NCBI GenBank assembly: GCA_947175605.1
Contig: CAMWNH010000002.1
Location: 17,754-81,753, forward strand
Source of the DNA: an uncultured Porphyromonadaceae bacterium
Lineage (GTDB): Bacteria; Bacteroidota; Bacteroidia; Bacteroidales; Muribaculaceae
Direction: 5' to 3'
DNA length: 64,000 nt
Part shown: in pieces, positions 1-10,035 of the stretch
How the letters are laid out: every line of letters begins with the position of its first letter
Position numbering within the stretch: the first letter of the stretch is position 1
Translations under genes and position numbers: made by a program
Notes under the pieces: model-generated
Database searches by the model: none
The model's input: the letters and a program-made list of their open reading frames with translations, nothing else
Told to the model about the DNA's origin: nothing

Positions 1-1
1 C

Positions 2-85
2 GCAATTATAGCGAACCGCATGGACCCGTCGCTCAAACCATATTCAGCAAAAGTATATACACGCGACCTTTTCGGAAAAGATTAA
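2..85 (+). CDS. ugd: UDP-glucose 6-dehydrogenase, 3' end only (runs in from the left edge)
   Basis: Manual translation of frame 2 gives AIIANRMDPSLKPYSAKVYTRDLFGKD*, with TAA at 83-85. This matches the characteristic Ugd C-terminus (IIANR...KVYTRDLF..D). Confidence 0.75.
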   Translation, partial: AIIANRMDPSLKPYSAKVYTRDLFGKD

Positions 86-167
86 GACCGCCAAAAAACA
101 CGGACGCAAGAGACTATATCTTAACACTTTATTATACAATGGATTTGCGATAAAACTCGTGATTCCA

Positions 168-1178
168 TTAATTATAATTGTTCTTATTGATCAGATTGAC
201 GATAACTTTTACCATGGTGTCTTTCTCCTCGGTACGGCTTTCTGCAATCATTAAAGTGAGAGCGACCAAAGTATTATCAGCAATACGTTTGGTGCCATCT
301 TCATTGTATAGAATACCATTGCCATTTAAGAACCAAAGGAACAGTGTGGCAGCAATACGTTTGTTGCCGTCACTAAAGGAGTGGTTTTTCGTAACGAGAT
401 ATAGGAGCATCGCAGCCTTCTCTTCTACTGAAGGATAAAGATCCACCCCTCCAAAGGTTTGATAGATCTGCCCTATGGAGCTTTTGAAGGAATCATCCTT
501 TTCATTTCCAAAGAGAGTACTTCCGCCGAATTTCTCATGCAATTCGCGTATAACTTCCATCGCCTTCTCGTATGTTGCATGAAATGATTCTCTACCGGTA
601 GTACCATCAATCTTCAACGCCTGATAGTCATAACGATCGAGAGTATCCAAAGCGTATGTGTAATCGACTACGACATCAAGCAATGAACGGCTGTCCTCTG
701 TCAGCTTCTCCTGATTCCGGATAGTACGACCCAAGACTTTTACCAACTGGCTAAGTTCGTCATATTTAAGGGCGGCCGCACGCTCATTGACAGCGTAGCC
801 TTGTAAGAGATACTGCTTCAAAACATTATTAGCCCAGATGCGGAACTGAGTGCCTCGTTTTGACTTAACTCTATAACCGACCGAGATAATTACATCCAGG
901 TTATATAGTGTGGTCTCTTTTTTTTGTGTAAATCCCTCTCGACGTCCATAGTCTTTGGTGTGTGCAAATTTTGCACAAACCAAGGATTCTTCGAGTTCAC
1001 CCTCCTTGAATATATTATTTATATGACGCGATATAACAGTCCTATCTTTCTGGAACAATTCCGCCATCTGGGCCTGTGACAGCCAGACAGTCTCATCCTT
1101 GAACTTTACATCAATACTTGTTTCGCCATCACTCGTTTGGTAAATGACAATGCTGTTGGTAGGCTCTATTTCGTTCAT
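168..1178 (-). CDS. RhuM-family / Fic-Doc domain fusion protein
   Basis: N-terminal RhuM-type motifs (ETVWLSQAQMAELF, YNLDVIISVGYRV, FRIWA) and a C-terminal Fic motif HSFSDGNKR. Visibly AT-richer than neighbouring genes. Confidence 0.85.
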   Translation of the reverse strand: MNEIEPTNSIVIYQTSDGETSIDVKFKDETVWLSQAQMAELFQKDRTVISRHINNIFKEGELEESLVCAKFAHTKDYGRREGFTQKKETTLYNLDVIISVGYRVKSKRGTQFRIWANNVLKQYLLQGYAVNERAAALKYDELSQLVKVLGRTIRNQEKLTEDSRSLLDVVVDYTYALDTLDRYDYQALKIDGTTGRESFHATYEKAMEVIRELHEKFGGSTLFGNEKDDSFKSSIGQIYQTFGGVDLYPSVEEKAAMLLYLVTKNHSFSDGNKRIAATLFLWFLNGNGILYNEDGTKRIADNTLVALTLMIAESRTEEKDTMVKVIVNLINKNNYN

Positions 1179-1182
1179 ATTA

Positions 1183-1190
1183 CAAATTTA
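1183..1190 (-). promoter_or_regulatory. Bacteroidetes sigma-A -7 element for the RhuM-Fic gene
   Basis: TAAATTTG on the minus strand matches TAnnTTTG and lies just upstream of the ATG at 1178. Confidence 0.55.
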
Positions 1191-1339
1191 CGAAATATTT
1201 CTTGAATATCAGGCCACTACACATAATAATCGCCGGGAAAGAACGGATTCAGAGTTATTGGTAACAGTATCATTCCCGGAGAAAACCTCATTAGAAATTA
1301 CCGGAATGGAACTTGCAAAGTAGCATACGCGGTTTTGAT

Positions 1340-1370
1340 TTTGTAGTTTGCGGGAATTTGCGTAATTTTG
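1340..1370 (+). promoter_or_regulatory. Bacteroidetes sigma-A promoter for the panC operon
   Basis: TTTG (1340-1343), a 19-nt spacer, then TAATTTTG (1363-1370): a full match to the -33/-7 consensus. Confidence 0.7.
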
Positions 1371-1409
1371 CACGGTTTATAGCGGCGTCCCCGGACGCTC
1401 ATATCTAAA

Positions 1410-2258
1410 ATGGAAATAATCAAGACGATTGCGGAGCTGGAAAACAAACTTGCCCCGGCCCGCAAAGAAGCCAAATCAATAGGCCTCGTGCCGACCATGG
1501 GCGCTCTTCATGCGGGACACCGTTCGCTGGTGGAACGAGCCCGCAAGGAGAACGACATCGTGGTTGTGAGCGTGTTTGTAAATCCCACACAGTTCAACAA
1601 TCCCGACGATCTGCGCACATATCCGCGCACGGAAGAGGCGGACGCCGCCATGCTGGAGGCCTGCGGCGTGGACTATGCTTTCATGCCTTCTGTGGAGGAA
1701 GTATATCCGGAACCTGACACAAGGATATTCGCGCTGGGCCCCGTGGCCGAAGTGATGGAAGGGGCTATGCGTCCCGGCCACTTCAACGGCGTGGCACAGA
1801 TCGTGAGCAAATTATTCGCCATGACTCGCCCCGCCCGCGCCTATTTCGGCGAGAAGGATTTCCAGCAGATTGCGGTGATACGCAAAATGGCAGAGCTGGA
1901 AGGATTCACGGATCTTGAAATTGTGGATTGCCCGATAGTCCGCGAGGAGGACGGTCTTGCATTGAGTTCCCGCAATGTGCGCCTGACACCCGAGGGGCGT
2001 AAAGTTGCTCCGAATATCCGTCGCGTCCTTCTTGAGAGCCTTGACGAGAAAGCATCGGGCATGACTCCGGCCGAGGTAAAGGCGAGCGTGACGAAGAAAA
2101 TCGACGCCGTGCCGGGACTTCGCACCGAATACTATGAGATTGTCGATGCACTGACAATGCAACCCATTGCGAGCTGGGACGAGGCTACAAACGGGGCCGT
2201 CGGATGCGTGACGGTATATGACGGCGATGTGCGTCTAATCGATAATATCCGCTATTAA
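1410..2258 (+). CDS. panC: Pantoate-beta-alanine ligase
   Basis: [44 protein letters not shown] and RLIDN motifs. Confidence 0.97.
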   Translation: MEIIKTIAELENKLAPARKEAKSIGLVPTMGALHAGHRSLVERARKENDIVVVSVFVNPTQFNNPDDLRTYPRTEEADAAMLEACGVDYAFMPSVEEVYPEPDTRIFALGPVAEVMEGAMRPGHFNGVAQIVSKLFAMTRPARAYFGEKDFQQIAVIRKMAELEGFTDLEIVDCPIVREEDGLALSSRNVRLTPEGRKVAPNIRRVLLESLDEKASGMTPAEVKASVTKKIDAVPGLRTEYYEIVDALTMQPIASWDEATNGAVGCVTVYDGDVRLIDNIRY

Positions 2259-2289
2259 GGAAACGTCCGAACAAAGCCGAACAACGACC

Positions 2290-2649
2290 ATGCAGATTCA
2301 GATAATGAAATCCAAGATCCACCGCGTGACGGTGACGGAAGCGCGACTGGATTATATAGGCAGCATAACGATAGACGAGGACTTGCTGGACGCAGCGAAT
2401 ATCCTGCCCGGGGAACGCGTCTACATCGTGAACAACAACAATGGCGCACGACTGGACACATATACCATTCCCGGAGAAAGGGGATCTGGTGTAATTTGCC
2501 TCAACGGAGCGGCTGCGCGTCTGGTGCAACCGGGCGATATCGTCATAATCATGGCGTACGCGCTCATGACTCCGGAGGAGGCCCGTGGCTTCCGCCCTGC
2601 CGTGATTTTCCCCGACACGGCCACCAACTCACTCAAGACAAAGGAATAA
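2290..2649 (+). CDS. panD: Aspartate 1-decarboxylase (pyruvoyl proenzyme)
   Basis: [11 protein letters not shown], the YIG-SITID self-cleavage site and ICLNGAAAR; adjacent to panC. Confidence 0.97.
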   Translation: MQIQIMKSKIHRVTVTEARLDYIGSITIDEDLLDAANILPGERVYIVNNNNGARLDTYTIPGERGSGVICLNGAAARLVQPGDIVIIMAYALMTPEEARGFRPAVIFPDTATNSLKTKE

Positions 2650-2652
2650 GGG

Positions 2653-3987
2653 ATGTTTGAAAAACTAAGCGAAAGACTCGAACGCAGCTTCAAGCTGCTG
2701 AAAGGCGAAGGCCGCATCACGGAGATAAACGTTGCGGAAACGCTGAAGGATGTGCGCCGCGCGCTCATTGACGCGGACGTCAACTATAAGGTAGCCAAGA
2801 CCTTCACGGACACCGTGAAGCAGAAGGCTCTGGGCCAGAACGTACTGACGGCTGTGAAGCCCGGCGAGATGATGGTGAAGATTGTTCACGATGAACTTAC
2901 CGCACTCATGGGTGGCACGGCATCGGCGCTCAAGCTCGACGGCAAACCGACGGTGATCCTTATGAGCGGTCTGCAGGGTTCGGGTAAAACGACCTTCACG
3001 GGCAAGCTGGCCAAGAAGCTGAAAAGCGAAAAGAGCATGCGCCCGCTTCTGATTGCGGGAGACGTATACCGCCCCGCGGCTATTGACCAGCTGAAAGTGC
3101 TGGCCGAGAGCATCGGTGTGGATGTGTACACAGAGGATGGCGTAAAGGATCCTGTGGGCATTGCTACACGCGGTATCGAATACGCAAAGCGCAATCACAA
3201 CGATCTGGTGATAGTCGATACGGCAGGTCGTCTGGCTGTGGACGAGCAGATGATGGATGAAATCGAAGCCATCAAGAAGGCCGTAAAGCCTACGGAGATC
3301 CTCTTCGTCGTGGATGCAATGACGGGTCAGGATGCCGTAAATACGGCCAAGACCTTCAACGATCGTCTTGATTTCGATGGCGTGGTGCTGACGAAGCTCG
3401 ATGGCGATACGCGCGGCGGTGCGGCCCTCACCATCCGCTCTGTAGTCGAGAAGCCCATCAAGTTTGTAGGCACGGGGGAGACCTTGGACGGCATAGATGT
3501 ATTCCATCCCAACCGTATGGCCGACCGTATTCTCGGTATGGGCGACATCGTTTCTCTCGTTGAAAGGGCACAGCAGCAGTTTGATGAGAAAGAAGCGGAG
3601 GACCTGGCCCGTAAATTACGTAAGAATCAGTTTACATTCAACGATTTCTACAAGCAGATCCAGCAGATCAAAAAGATGGGTAATCTCAAGGATCTGGCAT
3701 CCATGATTCCCGGTATGGGCAAGGCTCTGAAAGATGTGGAAATCAGCAATGATGCATTCAAGGGTATCGAGGCTATCATCAACTCCATGACTCCCAAGGA
3801 GCGTGAAAATCCTGAAATCATCAAAGGAACCCGCGTGCAACGTATCGCAAAGGGCTCGGGAATGAGCGTGCAGGAGGTGAACCGAGTGCTCAAACAATTT
3901 GATCAGACCCGCAAAATGATGCATATGGCTACGACTATGAAGAATCCGGCCGCTATGATGCGTCAGATGAAAGGACGTAGGAAATGA
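2653..3987 (+). CDS. ffh: Signal recognition particle protein
   Basis: [14 protein letters not shown] and TKLDG GTPase motifs, plus a Met-rich M domain. Confidence 0.98.
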   Translation: MFEKLSERLERSFKLLKGEGRITEINVAETLKDVRRALIDADVNYKVAKTFTDTVKQKALGQNVLTAVKPGEMMVKIVHDELTALMGGTASALKLDGKPTVILMSGLQGSGKTTFTGKLAKKLKSEKSMRPLLIAGDVYRPAAIDQLKVLAESIGVDVYTEDGVKDPVGIATRGIEYAKRNHNDLVIVDTAGRLAVDEQMMDEIEAIKKAVKPTEILFVVDAMTGQDAVNTAKTFNDRLDFDGVVLTKLDGDTRGGAALTIRSVVEKPIKFVGTGETLDGIDVFHPNRMADRILGMGDIVSLVERAQQQFDEKEAEDLARKLRKNQFTFNDFYKQIQQIKKMGNLKDLASMIPGMGKALKDVEISNDAFKGIEAIINSMTPKERENPEIIKGTRVQRIAKGSGMSVQEVNRVLKQFDQTRKMMHMATTMKNPAAMMRQMKGRRK

Positions 3988-4871
3988 CTATCATTGACGG
4001 AAAACAGACGGCTGCGGATATCAAATCCGAAATAGCCCGTGAGGTAGAAGAACGAGTGGCCGCAGGCAAGCGGCGCCCGCACCTCGCTGCAATTCTTGTG
4101 GGCCACGACGGCGGCAGCGAGACTTATGTGGCCAATAAGGTGAAGGCCTGTGAGGAATGTGGATTCAAAAGCACGCTGATCCGATTCGAAAGCACGGACG
4201 AGGCTCCGCTTGATCCGAAAGAGCTCATGGACACTATAGCCAAGCTGAATGAAGACGAGGATGTGGACGGCTTCATCGTACAGCTTCCGCTTCCTAAACA
4301 TATCGACGAGCAGGCCGTAATCGAAGCTGTGCGTCCGGAGAAGGATGTTGACGGCTTTCATCCCGTGAATGTGGGCAAGCAAAGCATCGGTCTGCCCTGT
4401 TTCCATTCAGCAACTCCGGCGGGAATTGTGGAGCTTCTTAAAAGATACGAGATCCCGACCCGCGGCAAGAAAGTCGTGATCGTGGGACGCAGCAATATCG
4501 TGGGCAAGCCGCTTGCCGCCATGCTGATGCAGAAGGGTTATCCCGGCGACGCCACTGTGACGGTATGCCATAGCGCCACGGAGAACCTTGCCGAAGTATG
4601 CCGAGAGGCTGATATTCTTGTTGCAGCGCTGGGTCGTCCGGGCTTCATAACGGCTGATATGGTGAAGGACGGTGCTACGGTTATAGACGTCGGCACCACA
4701 CGTGTTCCCGATGCAACGCGCAAAAGCGGCTTCCGCCTCCGGGGCGATGTGGACTACGAGAATGCGGCACCCAAATGCTCATTCATCACACCCGTGCCCG
4801 GCGGAGTGGGCCCGATGACAATATGCTCGCTGATGCAAAACACTTTGCAGGCAGCAAAGTCGAAAGACTGA
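3984..4871 (+). CDS. folD: Bifunctional methylenetetrahydrofolate dehydrogenase/cyclohydrolase
   Basis: [27 protein letters not shown] and [11 protein letters not shown] motifs. Confidence 0.97.
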   Translation: MTIIDGKQTAADIKSEIAREVEERVAAGKRRPHLAAILVGHDGGSETYVANKVKACEECGFKSTLIRFESTDEAPLDPKELMDTIAKLNEDEDVDGFIVQLPLPKHIDEQAVIEAVRPEKDVDGFHPVNVGKQSIGLPCFHSATPAGIVELLKRYEIPTRGKKVVIVGRSNIVGKPLAAMLMQKGYPGDATVTVCHSATENLAEVCREADILVAALGRPGFITADMVKDGATVIDVGTTRVPDATRKSGFRLRGDVDYENAAPKCSFITPVPGGVGPMTICSLMQNTLQAAKSKD

Positions 4872-4872
4872 C

Positions 4873-5952
4873 ATGGCTTCAGGAACCGGAATATTAATTC
4901 CGCTCGTCGTAAACCTGCTCTCATTGCTGATGGGCTACGACGATGCGGAATTATTGTTTGTAGGGGATGCCATGCAGCATCAGGCGCAGATCGACAATGC
5001 AAGGCAAGCGGACGGGAGCTGGGACTATTCGGGGTGCTTCGACGGGTTGAAAACGACGATCGAAGGCGCAGACCTGGCAGTGGTGAATCTCGAGACTCCA
5101 CTGGGCGAAAAACCTCACACGGGCTACCCGTGCTTCAACGCACCGGCTGCCTGGGCGGAGGCATTACGCGATGCTGGGTTCGATCTTTTCCTGACGGCAA
5201 ACAACCATACCCTGGATCGTCACGACCGCGGACTCAGGGCAACTATCGACTCTCTTGACAACAGACATCTGAGGCATATTGGAACATACAAGGATGATGC
5301 AGCACGCAAACTTGCTATCCCGGCCGTATATGACATCAATAATATCCGTGTGGGCTTTCTGAATTATACGTACGGCACGAATGGAATCGTGCCCGGAAAG
5401 GATGTACGTGTAGACTATATCGACCCTCGGAAAATAGCTGCGGACATTGCGGCTACAAAGGCTGCAGGTGCGGAGCTTATATGCGTGTGCATGCATTGGG
5501 GCGATGAATACCGCCTTACGCCCAATGCGACGCAAAAGGAGCAGGCACGGATGCTGGAAGAACTCGGAGCGGATATAATCATCGGAGGGCATCCCCACGT
5601 TGTTCAGCCGATAGAGCTCCGCGACAATCGCTATCATCCTCATAAAAAGGTGTATTTGGTATGGAGTCTCGGAAATTTTATTTCAAACATGAAGACTGCG
5701 GATACGCGTGGCGGTCTGATGGTGAGAGTGTTCCTGCATAGAGGCGACGACGGTATAGCGCGTGTTGACTCGGGACAATATGAGCTGCTTTTCACCGTAC
5801 CTCCCACAGCCGGGGCGAACAAAAGGTTCAAAGTTGTCAGGGCCCGAAACGATGAGGAAATACCACCGATGTGGCATGGGCGCCGTAATGAATTTGTCCG
5901 AAACGCAAAGGATGTGTTCGACAAATATAACATCGGGGTGGAGGAGCGCTGA
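4873..5952 (+). CDS. CapA-family (PGA_cap) metallophosphoesterase
   Basis: FVGDAMQH, NLETP, ANNHTLD, HWGDEY, GGHPHVVQ and SLGNFIS motifs. Confidence 0.9.
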   Translation: MASGTGILIPLVVNLLSLLMGYDDAELLFVGDAMQHQAQIDNARQADGSWDYSGCFDGLKTTIEGADLAVVNLETPLGEKPHTGYPCFNAPAAWAEALRDAGFDLFLTANNHTLDRHDRGLRATIDSLDNRHLRHIGTYKDDAARKLAIPAVYDINNIRVGFLNYTYGTNGIVPGKDVRVDYIDPRKIAADIAATKAAGAELICVCMHWGDEYRLTPNATQKEQARMLEELGADIIIGGHPHVVQPIELRDNRYHPHKKVYLVWSLGNFISNMKTADTRGGLMVRVFLHRGDDGIARVDSGQYELLFTVPPTAGANKRFKVVRARNDEEIPPMWHGRRNEFVRNAKDVFDKYNIGVEER

Positions 5953-6011
5953 ACCGTGCATGATAATAAGCTGTTATGTAATTAGAAATAATCCTTCAAA
6001 AACAGCTTGTC

Positions 6012-6671
6012 ATGAAAAGTAAGATTACACTTGCCGCAATAGCATTTATTATCGGATCGGGCTTTGCTTTCGCACAGGACGCGAATAAGATTCCACGGGT
6101 GAGATACGAAGCGCGGTTGGCTTTCGATGTAAGCTCCAATACGGGAGTCGGACAATTCTATGATACCGGTGCGGGGTTCACCGCAGGAGGTCTGGCAGAG
6201 ATCCAGTTACCAAAGGATTTTTACTTTTCGCCGGGTCTGCTGCTTTACTACACCGGGTGGAGTATGGACAACTCACGGCTGGAGGCATTGAAGCTCTATA
6301 GCGGGTCCGCGTCCAACTGGGGATTAAGGATTCCCATAAGCGTCGGATATAGCATCCCGCTACTAACGAATCTGACAATGCAGGTGTATTCCGGGCCATG
6401 GCTGAACGTGAATTTTTCTGCGCGTCAGACAATGTCGGCAGCTCCGGAATCGCCCTATGAGGATTTCTATGAATCCAACTTGTTCAGAGACGGATTCAAG
6501 CGTGTGGACGCGCAATGGGGCTTCGGACTGAAGTTGGCATGGGACGACCATTATATCGTCGGGGTGAGCTTCGGAGTGGGCATGACACCCGTGCGTCACT
6601 TTACTTCGATGCATAATGAAATGACTCAACGGCGTAACTCTTTTCAGCTGAATCTGGGATATCGTTTCTAA
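6012..6671 (+). CDS. Outer-membrane beta-barrel (porin family) protein
   Basis: Signal peptide, alternating aromatic beta-strands, and a C-terminal LNLGYRF BAM signal ending in Phe. Confidence 0.8.
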   Translation: MKSKITLAAIAFIIGSGFAFAQDANKIPRVRYEARLAFDVSSNTGVGQFYDTGAGFTAGGLAEIQLPKDFYFSPGLLLYYTGWSMDNSRLEALKLYSGSASNWGLRIPISVGYSIPLLTNLTMQVYSGPWLNVNFSARQTMSAAPESPYEDFYESNLFRDGFKRVDAQWGFGLKLAWDDHYIVGVSFGVGMTPVRHFTSMHNEMTQRRNSFQLNLGYRF

Positions 6672-6677
6672 ATTGCG

Positions 6678-6685
6678 TAACTTTG
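6678..6685 (+). promoter_or_regulatory. -7 promoter element of recR (near-leaderless)
   Basis: TAACTTTG followed by CAGA and the ATG at 6690. Confidence 0.65.
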
Positions 6686-6689
6686 CAGA

Positions 6690-7322
6690 ATGGAAAACGA
6701 ATTTTCGTCGAGTCTGCTTGAAAATGCCGTCACCGCATTGTCGCGGCTGCCGGGCGTGGGCCGTAAAACGGCGCTGCGACTGGCACTCCATATTCTTCGT
6801 CGTCCCGAAAATGAGGCTCGCGAAATAGGTCAGGCTTTAATCGACCTGCGTGAGAACATACGATATTGCCGTGTGTGCCACAACATCAGCGAGGAGGACG
6901 TGTGTCCCATATGCTCCTCGCCTGTGAGGAAACTGAACGTGGTGTGTGTGGTTGAAAACGTGCGCGATGTGATGAGCATCGAGGCAACGGGGCAATATGA
7001 CGGAGTATATCATGTGCTCGGGGGCCTCGTCTCCCCTATCGACGGTATCGGTCCCGATCTTCTTGAAATCGAATCGCTTGTACAACGAGTCGCGTCAGGG
7101 ACTGTGGATGAGGTGATCCTCGCTTTGAGTGCAACGATGGAAGGTGATACTACAAATTACTATATCTACCGCCGACTGACAGCTCCCGGAATAGCACCGG
7201 AAGGGCTGAAGATTACGCAACTTGCAAGAGGTGTGTCGGTGGGCAATGAACTTGAGTATACGGATGAAGTGACTTTAGGCAGATCGCTTCTCAACCGTAC
7301 TCTCTTTGACGAATCTTACTGA
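6690..7322 (+). CDS. recR: Recombination mediator RecR
   Basis: [13 protein letters not shown] helix-hairpin-helix, CxxC...CxxC zinc finger, TOPRIM motifs (YHVLGG, EGDTT). Confidence 0.97.
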   Translation: MENEFSSSLLENAVTALSRLPGVGRKTALRLALHILRRPENEAREIGQALIDLRENIRYCRVCHNISEEDVCPICSSPVRKLNVVCVVENVRDVMSIEATGQYDGVYHVLGGLVSPIDGIGPDLLEIESLVQRVASGTVDEVILALSATMEGDTTNYYIYRRLTAPGIAPEGLKITQLARGVSVGNELEYTDEVTLGRSLLNRTLFDESY

Positions 7323-7846
7323 TGAAACTTAGCGACGGAACAATATACCTACGGGCCGTGGAACCTGAGGATGCAGACATACTCTTCAGACACGAGAACG
7401 CGCCCGAACGGCCGGAAACAACGGTGACAACCGCTCCCGTGTCAAGGCTGCAGATAATGAATTATATCAAGAATTACTCGGCGGAACTTCGTGGCGGAGG
7501 AAGCTTACGCTTAATGATATGCCTTGAGAATCAAGGGGAAACCATTGGATCCGTGGATATATATGATTATAATCAACGGGATCGAAGGGCCTATGTGGCC
7601 ATCTTTGTAGAGAAAAGGTGGCGTAATTCCGGATATGGCACGAGGGCTCTGGAGCTTCTTTGCTCATATGCCGCTGAAACGCTCGGCCTTCATCAGCTGG
7701 CGGCGGAGGTAGCGGTGGAGAACGAGGGATCCGTGCGAACGTTCGGGAAAGCTGGGTTCAAGACATGCGGACGTCTTCGTTCGTGGCTGAGAGCCGGCCG
7801 AAAGTACTACGATGTCTTAATTTTCCAACGGCTATTTTTTAATTGA
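7322..7846 (+). CDS. GNAT (RimJ/RimL-like) N-acetyltransferase
   Basis: IYLRAVEPED start, WRNSGYG acetyl-CoA loop, FGKAGF; start overlaps the recR stop. Confidence 0.85.
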   Translation: MKLSDGTIYLRAVEPEDADILFRHENAPERPETTVTTAPVSRLQIMNYIKNYSAELRGGGSLRLMICLENQGETIGSVDIYDYNQRDRRAYVAIFVEKRWRNSGYGTRALELLCSYAAETLGLHQLAAEVAVENEGSVRTFGKAGFKTCGRLRSWLRAGRKYYDVLIFQRLFFN

Positions 7847-8441
7847 GTCCGGGCTTTGAGGGGAGACGCTTCCAGAAGTCATATCTTTCGTCAAGCCTCG
7901 AAACAGCGGACTTCCACATGTCGGCACCATCGGCACTCATGATTTCCTCCACGGGAAGGGACCCGATTGCCCACGTGGCATCGTTGATCTCACGACGAAG
8001 TTGTCCGCGACTCCAGCCCGAATAACCGATGACGAATTTAATGACTCCATCTGTTTCGCCACCGGCACGGATGTAATCCTGCACTGCATCAAAATCACCT
8101 CCAACGTAAAGCCCATCTTCGACTTCGATGCAATCGGGGATTATTTCCGGGCCAAGTCTATGGATCACGACAAGTCTATCCTGGCCAACCGGTCCGCCAA
8201 GATACATCTGCGGATTACCGGGTAAGTCAAGTCCTCCGAGTGCATCGTTGATTCCGAGGTCGAGGGGCCGATTGAGAATAATGCCCAAAGCTTCGCCGTT
8301 CGATTCTTCGCAATCGACCATCAAAACAACACTGCGCGAGAAGTTGTTATCATCCAAAAAAGGACGAGAAATAAGGAGCGAGCCGTTAAGAGGCATTTCG
8401 CCGGTTCTTACCTTAAGGAGACAATCATTGAAGTACGACAT
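7839..8441 (-). CDS. YqgE/AlgH-family protein
   Basis: GSLLISRP, FSRSVVL, LGIILNRP, GGPV and GYSGWSRGQL motifs. Confidence 0.9.
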   Translation of the reverse strand: MSYFNDCLLKVRTGEMPLNGSLLISRPFLDDNNFSRSVVLMVDCEESNGEALGIILNRPLDLGINDALGGLDLPGNPQMYLGGPVGQDRLVVIHRLGPEIIPDCIEVEDGLYVGGDFDAVQDYIRAGGETDGVIKFVIGYSGWSRGQLRREINDATWAIGSLPVEEIMSADGADMWKSAVSRLDERYDFWKRLPSKPGLN

Positions 8442-8448
8442 ATCGATG

Positions 8449-8456
8449 TAGCTTTG
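8449..8456 (+). promoter_or_regulatory. Possible -7 element for the UDG-like gene
   Basis: TAGCTTTG lies 45 nt upstream of the ATG at 8502. Confidence 0.45.
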
Positions 8457-8501
8457 AGGGATTAATAAAATTATAACAAACGAAAATCAAAAAAAGACGA
8501 C

Positions 8502-9089
8502 ATGACGGATAAAATATTGAATGAGGAATATGGAGAGATAGAAATTCACCCTTGGACGGCATTTACGCCTGAGGACGCGAAAGTACTGATTATGGGGACT
8601 TTTCCACCGGGGGCGCACCGATGGAGCATGAATTTCTACTATCCTAACAGGACAAATGATTTCTGGCGGATAATCGGATTGATATTCCATGGTTCGCCTT
8701 CTGCGCTCATGCTTCCGGACGGAAAGAACTTTGATCTTGATAAAATCATCAGCACTATTACGCAGCATCACATCGCACTGAATGATACGGGTTACAAAAT
8801 CAGGAGGCTGAAAGGAAACGCCTCGGACAAGTATCTCGACATCATCGAACCGGTGGATCTTAAATCACTTTTAGCGACCATGCCGGAATGTCATACAATT
8901 GCCACGACCGGGGAGAAAGCGGCAGGAGTCATCGCGTCGCTTACCGACACACGCGTTCCGAAAATGGGAGAGCATGTGCGTTCTGAAAGTGGTCTTGACA
9001 TCTGGAGAATGCCCTCAACGAGTCGAGCGTTTCCAATGTCGCTTGAAAAAAAGGCCGAATTCTACCGTCAACTTTTCTTGCATTTATAA
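8502..9089 (+). CDS. Uracil-DNA glycosylase superfamily protein (MUG/family 6-like)
   Basis: LIMGTFPP, FYYPNRTNDFW and MPSTS motifs. Confidence 0.8.
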   Translation: MTDKILNEEYGEIEIHPWTAFTPEDAKVLIMGTFPPGAHRWSMNFYYPNRTNDFWRIIGLIFHGSPSALMLPDGKNFDLDKIISTITQHHIALNDTGYKIRRLKGNASDKYLDIIEPVDLKSLLATMPECHTIATTGEKAAGVIASLTDTRVPKMGEHVRSESGLDIWRMPSTSRAFPMSLEKKAEFYRQLFLHL

Positions 9090-9100
9090 AGATTTTTTAG

Positions 9101-9108
9101 TATCTTTG
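9101..9108 (+). promoter_or_regulatory. -7 promoter element for wza-wzc
   Basis: TATCTTTG followed by CC, with TTG at 9078-9080 about 20 nt upstream. Confidence 0.6.
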
Positions 9109-9177
9109 CCGCGCTAAATAATAGCATCACCATTCAACATCGCTAAAATAAATCAATCAAACATACAAACTCCTGCA

Positions 9178-10029
9178 ATGAAGAAGCTTGCTTTTCTATT
9201 CGCCATTGCTACGGCACTATGTGTGACATCGTGCTCCTCGCCAAAAAAAGTGGCGTACATTCAGAAAGTCGACGAAATTCCTGTTGAAGTACTCCAACAG
9301 ATTCCCGCGCCTTCAGATCCTACACTCATGCCCGGTGACCTGCTCAACATCGAGCTTCAAGGTAGCGATTTTACAGCTCTCGCGCCTTTCAACAAGGGAA
9401 CGGGAATGTATTTGGATGCTGATGGAAAAATTGTGACATCACAATCAAACCGAGGCAATATCAACAACACTTCTTCCGAGAGCAATACGATGTACTACCT
9501 CGTTAATGCTGATGGATATATCGACTTCCCCATGTTAGGAATGCTTCATGTAGCCGGCATGACCAAGAGCCAGTTAGCACAGGAAATTTTAAATGGAGTA
9601 TATCCTCGTTTTGTCAAGGACAAGCCGAGTGTAGACGTCCGACTGATGAACTTCCGAGTTACGTTGCTTGGTGCAGTGAAAACAAACGGACAGGTGCAGT
9701 CCAAGAATGAACGTATGAACATACTTGAAGCCATCGCACTTGCAGGAGACCTTGACATTCAGGCACAGCGCGAAAACGTTCTTCTATACCGTCTCAATGC
9801 CGACGGCACCCGTGAAATACATCGAATTGACCTCACAGACAAGAATCTTCTCCTCTCTCCCTACTACAACCTCCAGCAGAACGACATTATCTACGTTGAG
9901 CCCAACCAGTCAATGAAGAACCGTTCGTGGACACTCAACCCGGCAGTAGGTGCCGTTCTTACAATCGTCGGCGGTCTTTCGTCAATTGCAGGCCTCGTTA
10001 TCAGCATTATAACACTCACAAGACTCTAA
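9178..10029 (+). CDS. wza: Polysaccharide export lipoprotein (Wza family)
   Basis: Lipobox VTS-C, PGDLLNI, VNADGYIDFPMLG, SLBB domain (LEAIALAGDL), LQQNDIIYVEPN. Confidence 0.92.
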   Translation: MKKLAFLFAIATALCVTSCSSPKKVAYIQKVDEIPVEVLQQIPAPSDPTLMPGDLLNIELQGSDFTALAPFNKGTGMYLDADGKIVTSQSNRGNINNTSSESNTMYYLVNADGYIDFPMLGMLHVAGMTKSQLAQEILNGVYPRFVKDKPSVDVRLMNFRVTLLGAVKTNGQVQSKNERMNILEAIALAGDLDIQAQRENVLLYRLNADGTREIHRIDLTDKNLLLSPYYNLQQNDIIYVEPNQSMKNRSWTLNPAVGAVLTIVGGLSSIAGLVISIITLTRL

Positions 10030-10035
10030 TCCACC

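Noticed and set aside
1233-1279. CCGGGAA...TTCCCGG inverted repeat as an invertible promoter or IS end
   Set aside because: Only 7 bp long, encloses no promoter element, and there is no recombinase nearby.
9096-9118. TTTAG/CTAAA flanking the wza -7 box as a capsule promoter inversion site
   Set aside because: A 5-bp repeat is far too short for Bacteroides invertible repeats and is expected by chance.
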